Positions 58,876-64,000 of a stretch of 64,000 nt of DNA are shown here, piece by piece. Each line of letters opens with the position of its first letter. The stretch's first letter is position 1. Where the stretch lies: the NCBI GenBank assembly GCA_963848085.1, contig CAWKCE010000005.1, positions 303,667 through 367,666 of the forward strand, read 5' to 3'. The notes beneath the pieces are model-generated. The model worked only from the letters and a program-made list of their open reading frames with translations. It made no database searches and was not told the origin of the DNA. This DNA is from an uncultured Actinomycetota bacterium. GTDB lineage: Bacteria; Actinomycetota; Actinomycetes; JAHEKZ01. The position numbers were made by a program, and so were the translations under genes.

Positions 58876-60123
58876 CTACTCACCAGTCACATGGTCGGCG
58901 GGCAGTGGTGCGCCTACGAGCGCTCGGTAGCTGTTGATCCGCGGCAGCATGCCGAGTCCGACAATGCCCACGAGGTCGTCACCTCTGAAGTAGCCGACCG
59001 CCACCTCGCCCGTCAGCTCGCCCTCGAGGACGCGGATTCCGCCGTCGTCTGCGAGTCCCGGCATCCCGTACGACTGCAGCCGGATGTCGTACTGGTCCGA
59101 CCAGAACGCCGGGATGGGGCGCCACGGGGTCTCCAGTACCGGCTCGTAGCCCTCGCCGCGCAGGTAGGACGCCAGCGCTGGCCCCACCCTCTTCCCGGTC
59201 TCGGTGGGGATGTTCCAGTGCTCGACTCGGCGCGGCACATCGTCGAACAGCGGATTCGGGAAACGCGCGAGGTCACCGACGACATGCACGCCGTCAACCA
59301 CGCGTCCGTCCTCGCGGGTTACCCGAAGGACACCGTCGCACAGCAACCCGTCCGCGCGGTCGAGACCTGACGACTCCAGCCACTCGGTGTTGCAGTGGCT
59401 GCTGATGGCCTCGACGACCACGTCGGCAGCCAGCGTCTGCCCGTCGGTGAGTACCACGCCCGTCACGCGGTCTTCGCCGGTGCACTCGGCGACACCGACA
59501 CCGAGGTGGAACTCCACACCCTGGGCCTCGTGCCGCCGCTGCATCTCCGCGCCGAGCGCTGCTCCGAGCGGACGCACCATGGGGTACTCGTCGATGGCGA
59601 CGCAGGAGACCTCACACCCCAGCGCCCGGGCCGTCGCGGCCACCTCGCAGCCAATGAAGCCGGCGCCGAGGACGACGACCCGCTGACCCGGCCACAGGTC
59701 CTTCCGGAGCTGCGCGGCATCCTCGAGCGTCCGGAGGACGTGACGTCCCGACGCCGCTCGCGGCGGCGGCCCGGGAAGGTTGAGCCGACGCGGTCGGAGC
59801 CCGGTTGCGATGACCAGGCCGTCGTAGGTGATTGAGCTGCCGTCGGCAAGACCGACCTCAGTCTTGGCGAGGTCGACCGACACCGCCGGCGCGCCCAGCC
59901 GCCAGTCCACCTCACCCATCGACGCGCGCAGGGGGAACGCAACGCGGCTGTGCTCCACCTCGGAGGCAAGGACCTCCTTCGACAGCGGAGGGCGGTTGTA
60001 CGGCATGTGCGGCTCTTCGCCCACCACCACCAGCTCGCCGTCGAAGCCGCTCTTGCGCAGCGCCTCAGCGCTGCGGAGGCCGGCCATGCCAGCGCCGACG
60101 ATGACGACCCGCGACGACGTCAC
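58876..60123 (-). CDS. FAD-dependent NAD(P)H:ferredoxin reductase (putidaredoxin-reductase-like)
   Basis: VVIVGAGMAGLRSAEAL FAD GxGxxG motif, a second NAD GxGxxG (VVVLGAGFIGCEVAATA), and a C-terminal ferredoxin-interaction domain. Confidence 0.88.
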   Translation of the reverse strand: MTSSRVVIVGAGMAGLRSAEALRKSGFDGELVVVGEEPHMPYNRPPLSKEVLASEVEHSRVAFPLRASMGEVDWRLGAPAVSVDLAKTEVGLADGSSITYDGLVIATGLRPRRLNLPGPPPRAASGRHVLRTLEDAAQLRKDLWPGQRVVVLGAGFIGCEVAATARALGCEVSCVAIDEYPMVRPLGAALGAEMQRRHEAQGVEFHLGVGVAECTGEDRVTGVVLTDGQTLAADVVVEAISSHCNTEWLESSGLDRADGLLCDGVLRVTREDGRVVDGVHVVGDLARFPNPLFDDVPRRVEHWNIPTETGKRVGPALASYLRGEGYEPVLETPWRPIPAFWSDQYDIRLQSYGMPGLADDGGIRVLEGELTGEVAVGYFRGDDLVGIVGLGMLPRINSYRALVGAPLPADHVTGE

Positions 60124-60130
60124 CGGCCGT

Positions 60131-60325
60131 TCACCCCTCGACGGCGATCGCCTGGACCGGGCAGACGTCGGCCGCCTCTTCCACCTTGTCCCGCAGGGAC
60201 TCGTCTGGCTCGTCCATCAGAACGACCAGCTTGCCGCTGTCGGCATTGATCTCGAAGACCTCAGGAGCGGCGAACGCGCACTGCCCGTGGTCCTGGCACT
60301 TGTCCATGTCGACGACGACCTTCAT
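60131..60325 (-). CDS. 3Fe-4S ferredoxin
   Basis: 64 aa: CQDHGQC...CP (Cx5C...CP) single-cluster ferredoxin of the actinobacterial P450/oxygenase-partner type. Immediately downstream of the reductase. Confidence 0.85.
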   Translation of the reverse strand: MKVVVDMDKCQDHGQCAFAAPEVFEINADSGKLVVLMDEPDESLRDKVEEAADVCPVQAIAVEG

Positions 60326-60360
60326 GTACCCCTCCTGGTGTTGAGTGCCTGTGATGGCGG

Positions 60361-61254
60361 TCAGCGCTTCGGTTCGCGGATACCCCGGAACTCCCAGTCG
60401 CCGCCGAGTGCGGTGGACAGAACCTGCTCGGACTCCGTGGGCTGCGCCCCCACGTCCTCCCGAATGCCGACCGGCCCCGAGACGATGTGGTTGGACAACG
60501 TCCCCAGACCCTCGACCTCGACCTCGACGACGTCCCCGGGGTAGACCGTTCGCGAGTTGGCCGGAGTACCCGACAGGAGGACGTCACCTGGCACCAGTGT
60601 GATGGTCCGAGCGATGTCCGCGACGAGGTAGTGCATGTCCCAGGTCATCTCGTCGGTGTTGCCATCCTGGCGGACCACACCGTTCACGATGGTCCGCAGC
60701 CCCTTGCTGCGGAAGTCCCAGTCCGTGACGAGTCCGGGTCCGAGTGGACACAAGGTGTCGGACCCCTTGACGCGCAGCATCGAGCCGGCGTCCGTGTCGC
60801 GGAAGTCGTGCAGCCCGTAGTCGTTGGCCACGGTGTACCCGGCGATGTAGTCACCGGCCTCCGACGGCGCGATGTTGCGGGCCGTCCGGCCGATCACGAT
60901 CGCCACCTCGCCCTCGTAGTTCAGCCACTTGCACCGCTCCGGCCGTACCACCGCTCCCCGGTGGGAGTTGAGGGACGAGATCGGCTTGTGGAAGTACGTG
61001 GGAGTGCTCGGCAGGCCGATCTGGAACTCCTCGACACGGCTGACGTGGTTGAGGTGCACCGCGACGATCTTGGTCGGCTCGACGGGCGGCAGGTGTGCGG
61101 CGTCCTCGATCGACACCACGCGACCGTCCGCGGACACCAGCTCGTCTCCCTCGCGGCGAACCTGGACGACGGCGCCGTCGAGCAGGATGCGTCGGTACTC
61201 GGTCACGGGTGCTCCTTCGGTCTCGTCAGCCGGCCGCGACGAGGTCTGGTCCAC
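60361..61254 (-). CDS. Fumarylacetoacetate-hydrolase (FAH) family enzyme (HpaG/HpcE-like hydratase/isomerase-decarboxylase)
   Basis: FAH-fold motifs (NYEGEVAIVIG, metal-binding E/D, GTPANSRTVYPGDVVEVEVEGLG). The start probably lies downstream of the listed Met, because the listed start overlaps the dioxygenase 3' end by 29 nt. Confidence 0.8.
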   Translation of the reverse strand: MDQTSSRPADETEGAPVTEYRRILLDGAVVQVRREGDELVSADGRVVSIEDAAHLPPVEPTKIVAVHLNHVSRVEEFQIGLPSTPTYFHKPISSLNSHRGAVVRPERCKWLNYEGEVAIVIGRTARNIAPSEAGDYIAGYTVANDYGLHDFRDTDAGSMLRVKGSDTLCPLGPGLVTDWDFRSKGLRTIVNGVVRQDGNTDEMTWDMHYLVADIARTITLVPGDVLLSGTPANSRTVYPGDVVEVEVEGLGTLSNHIVSGPVGIREDVGAQPTESEQVLSTALGGDWEFRGIREPKR

Positions 61255-62176
61255 TGTTCTGACGGACGTACTCGGAGTCCTGAGGCGTCCGCTTCGGCCG
61301 AGGGAACCCGCCGTCCGGGCGGTCGAACCACAGGTGGACCTGACCGGTCCCGATCGAGTTCTCGTACTCCCCGAACTGTCGAGCCGGCGCGACGACCTGC
61401 TCCTCGCCCAGAGCCCCGATCATCATCAGGTAGTGGGCGAACATCGCCTCGGGCCGGAACTTCATGAACTCCGGCATGGTCTGCAGGACGCGCGCGTGGT
61501 CGCCGTCCTTGAACCAGCTGATGCGCTCCAAGTCGGCGGCGTACGCCTCCGGAGTCCGGATGTGCACCGGGTCACCTGCCTCGTGGTCACGCAGTTCGCG
61601 AAGCTTCCAGAAGGTGTGGGACAGCGCCCCGGAGGCGATGAGCAGGACCTTGCGGTCCAGTCGCTCGATCGCGTCCCCGAGCGCCCTCCCGGCGCGAAGG
61701 AAGTCCTCCGTCTCGCCCGTCTGGCAGGTGCTCACCGAGATCCATCGCTTGCCGAGCCCCTCGCCGAGGAACTTCCAGAGGTTGAGCGTGGCGTAGTACA
61801 GCGGCAGGTACTGGTCATCGTTGGCGGTGACCCAGGTGCTGTGCCCCTCACCGAGGTCGGCCATCGCGTGGGCAAGCTCGGGGTCGCCCGGCCAGTCGTA
61901 GGGGATGCGGCACATCCCGCGCGGCAGCTCCTCAGCTGTGAACAAGCCGGCACGCCGGTCCTGAGCGGTCACGACAAACTCCACGGTGGTGAACCAGTGG
62001 GAGTCCAGCACGACGACCGTGTCGTAGTCGAGCGTCTCGAAGACCTCCGCCCGCAGCTGCTTCAGCGCCGGGACCAACGAGATCTCCTTGCCCTCGTTGA
62101 GCTCCCGACGCGTCTTCGGCGGCAGCATGATCGTGGGGACATGCGCCAGCAGGCCCGCTCCGACGACTTCACCCAT
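61226..62176 (-). CDS. Class III extradiol ring-cleavage dioxygenase (LigB family; homoprotocatechuate 2,3-dioxygenase-like)
   Basis: LigB-family pattern (GAGLLAHVPTIM, VVVLDSHW, ASGALSHTF). Trimmed to the internal Met (MGEVVGAG). Confidence 0.8.
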   Translation of the reverse strand: MGEVVGAGLLAHVPTIMLPPKTRRELNEGKEISLVPALKQLRAEVFETLDYDTVVVLDSHWFTTVEFVVTAQDRRAGLFTAEELPRGMCRIPYDWPGDPELAHAMADLGEGHSTWVTANDDQYLPLYYATLNLWKFLGEGLGKRWISVSTCQTGETEDFLRAGRALGDAIERLDRKVLLIASGALSHTFWKLRELRDHEAGDPVHIRTPEAYAADLERISWFKDGDHARVLQTMPEFMKFRPEAMFAHYLMMIGALGEEQVVAPARQFGEYENSIGTGQVHLWFDRPDGGFPRPKRTPQDSEYVRQNSGPDLVAAG

Positions 62177-63635
62177 GGTCGGCCCATCCCTTCGGGGAGA
62201 AGACGCTGTTCTTGACGTCGCAGTAGAAGTCGAAGCTCCAGGAGCCACCTTCGCGGCCGATGCCGGACTCCCCGTTGCCGCCGAACGGCGCGCTCAGGTC
62301 CCGGACGAAGAAGCAGTTCACCCACACGGTTCCCGCGGACAGCAGTGCGCTCACCCGCTCGGCCCGAACCGGGTCGCCGGTCACCAGCGTCGCGGCCAGC
62401 CCGTAGCGGGTGTCGTTCGCCATGGCAACGGCCTGGTCCTCCGAGCCGAACGTCTGCAGCGTCAGCACCGGGCCGAAGACCTCGTCACAGAGGATCTCGC
62501 TGCGCTCCGGCATATCGACGAACAACGTCGGACGGAAGTACAGGCCGCCGAGGTCCTCGTTGGGCCCGCCACCGAGGAGGGCTCGTGCCCCGTCGGCTTG
62601 GGCGCGCTCGACGAAGCCGCTCACCCGGTCGAAGTGCACCCGGCTGATCAGGGGGCCGATGTCCGTCGACTCCTCGCGCGGGTCACCCTGCACGATCCCC
62701 TTCGCCTTGGCCAGGAACGCCTCGGTGAACCTGTCGGCGATCGACTCGTGGACCAGCAGCCGCACCGCCGCCAGGCATACCTGCCCGGTGTTGTCGTACT
62801 GCTCGACGGCGAGGTCGACCGCCAGGTCCAGGTCCGCGTCCTCGAAGACGAGCAGAGGGGACTTTCCGCCCAGCTCGAACGACACCGGTGTGACGTTCGC
62901 GGCGGCGGCAGCGCCGATGCTGCGCGCCGTCGGCACGGAGCCGGTGAAGCTGATCCGTCGCACGTCGGGGTGCTCGACAATCGGTGCACCCGCCTCCACG
63001 CCCAGACCCTGGACCACGTTGAACACGCCAGCGGGCACCCCGGCCTCGGCCGCGATGTCAGCCAGCAGCGACGCGGTGAGCGGTGCCCACTCCGGAGGTT
63101 TCGCGACGACCGTGTTGCCGGCCGCGAGCGCGGGCGCGATCCGCCACGTGGCAAGCATCAGCGGCGCGTTCCACGGCGTGATCACGGCGGTGACCCCTGC
63201 CGGGTCCCACGACACGTGGTTGCGGTGGCCCCGGGTCTCGAAGTCGTCGTGATGGAGATCGAGCAGGTGATCTGCGAAGTACCGGAAGTTCAGGGCGACG
63301 CGGGGCATCACGCCTTTGCGGTGCGACCGGATCAGCGAGCCGTTGTCTCGCGTCTCCAGCCGAGCGAGATCCTCCAAGCGGGCCTCGACGCCGTCGGCGA
63401 CGGCGTGGAGGATCCGCGACCGCTCCTCGGGTGGCGTGGCCGCCCATCCGGGGAACGCCTCACGGGCTGCGGCGACAGCCTGGTTCGCCTCATCGACTCC
63501 GCCGCGAGCCACCTGGGCCACGACCTGCTCGTCGATCGGTGAGACATCGTCGAAGGTCCTGCTGCTGGCGACGCGTCGGCCACCAATCCAGTGCCGGACG
63601 TCGACTGTCACGCCGTCGACCGTGGCCGTCGTCAC
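62169..63635 (-). CDS. NAD(P)-dependent aldehyde dehydrogenase (5-carboxymethyl-2-hydroxymuconate-semialdehyde dehydrogenase-like)
   Basis: ALDH motifs ITPWNAPL, catalytic Cys region GQVCLAAVRLLV, FELGGKSP and the EVFGPV Glu region. Confidence 0.9.
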   Translation of the reverse strand: MTTATVDGVTVDVRHWIGGRRVASSRTFDDVSPIDEQVVAQVARGGVDEANQAVAAAREAFPGWAATPPEERSRILHAVADGVEARLEDLARLETRDNGSLIRSHRKGVMPRVALNFRYFADHLLDLHHDDFETRGHRNHVSWDPAGVTAVITPWNAPLMLATWRIAPALAAGNTVVAKPPEWAPLTASLLADIAAEAGVPAGVFNVVQGLGVEAGAPIVEHPDVRRISFTGSVPTARSIGAAAAANVTPVSFELGGKSPLLVFEDADLDLAVDLAVEQYDNTGQVCLAAVRLLVHESIADRFTEAFLAKAKGIVQGDPREESTDIGPLISRVHFDRVSGFVERAQADGARALLGGGPNEDLGGLYFRPTLFVDMPERSEILCDEVFGPVLTLQTFGSEDQAVAMANDTRYGLAATLVTGDPVRAERVSALLSAGTVWVNCFFVRDLSAPFGGNGESGIGREGGSWSFDFYCDVKNSVFSPKGWADHG

Positions 63636-63717
63636 TGTCGCCTCCGCAGGGTGGTGTCGAACGGGCCCAAGACCGAAAAACGTTTGGGGCCGAACATAAA
63701 CGACGCTGGGTGGACCG

Positions 63718-64000
63718 TCAAGAAGTCACCCGCGAGGTGCGTTCGGCCTCCAGCCCCAAGACGATCTTCCGCAGGGCGGTGGTCAGAACCTGGGTCTCCC
63801 GAGCGGTCAACGGAGCCACGACGTCCACCTCCTGCTGGTTGAACAGCGGGAAGAGCTCGTTCATCAGCCGTCGGCCGGCCGGGGTCAGCGAGAGCAGCAC
63901 CCGCCGGGCGTCCGTGGGATGCGTCCGGCGGCGCAGCAGGCCGCGCCGCTCCAGCGTGGTGGCGACGCCGGTCAGCGTCCCCTTCGAGATCCCGGCCTCG
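63718..64000 (-). CDS. MarR-family transcriptional regulator (HpaR-like), C-terminal part; continues beyond the window end
   Basis: The reverse strand of 63718-64000 translates to ...EAGISKGTLTGVATTLERRGLLRRRTHPTDARRVLLSLTPAGRRLMNELFP..., a MarR winged-helix recognition helix and wing. It sits upstream of the meta-cleavage genes. Confidence 0.75.
   Translation of the reverse strand, partial: EAGISKGTLTGVATTLERRGLLRRRTHPTDARRVLLSLTPAGRRLMNELFPLFNQQEVDVVAPLTARETQVLTTALRKIVLGLEAERTSRVTS

Overview
This is a high-GC (~72%) actinobacterial chromosomal window. Its backbone is collinear with the mycobacterial radA-disA ... mutY ... clpC1-lsr2-lysS-coaX-panC-(DUF2520)-folK-folB-folP-folE-ftsH-hpt-tilS-dacB-ppa housekeeping block (the Rv3585-Rv3628 region in M. 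tuberculosis), and the left end resembles the Rv0495c-Rv0500 (ppx ... proC) block. The backbone is interrupted by several lineage-specific insertions, which I treat as the accessory regions:
(1) an orphan chemotaxis-like methylation module, cheW, cheR-TPR and cheB with an apparently degenerate receiver domain, lying between disA and mutY with no CheA or MCP gene nearby;
(2) an NYN-like protein next to a canonical sirtuin;
(3) two GNAT genes between lsr2 and lysS, one of them argA-like and overlapping lysS by 4 nt;
(4) between panC and folK: a MidA-like SAM-dependent methyltransferase, a membrane protein, a YdbT/YdbS-like PH-domain membrane pair, an ethanolamine permease, and a lone complex I NuoD paralogue preceded by a perfect CRP/GlxR-type box (TGTGA-N6-TCACA);
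(5) a ~2.8 kb gene for a large secreted serine hydrolase with a Calx-beta-like C-terminal domain inserted between folP and folE;
(6) a right-hand catabolic/redox island: ABM monooxygenase, amidase, CoA-transferase family III, SGNH hydrolase, a Rieske oxygenase alpha subunit with a 9-nt-arm palindrome over its ribosome-binding site, hemerythrin, META lipoprotein, DoxX, GcvT-like aminomethyltransferase, EEP lipoprotein, LLM oxidoreductase, APC permease, ferredoxin reductase plus 3Fe-4S ferredoxin, and a homoprotocatechuate-type meta-cleavage trio (FAH-family enzyme, LigB-type extradiol dioxygenase, aldehyde dehydrogenase) with a MarR/HpaR-like regulator.
The left end carries a MacAB-like tripartite efflux operon, proC directly preceded by a proline dehydrogenase gene, and an ABC-2 transporter. 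I found no tRNA or rRNA genes, CRISPR arrays, or obvious mobile elements. Many long ORFs in the six-frame track are GC-frame antisense artefacts or N-terminal over-extensions, and I trimmed several starts accordingly.
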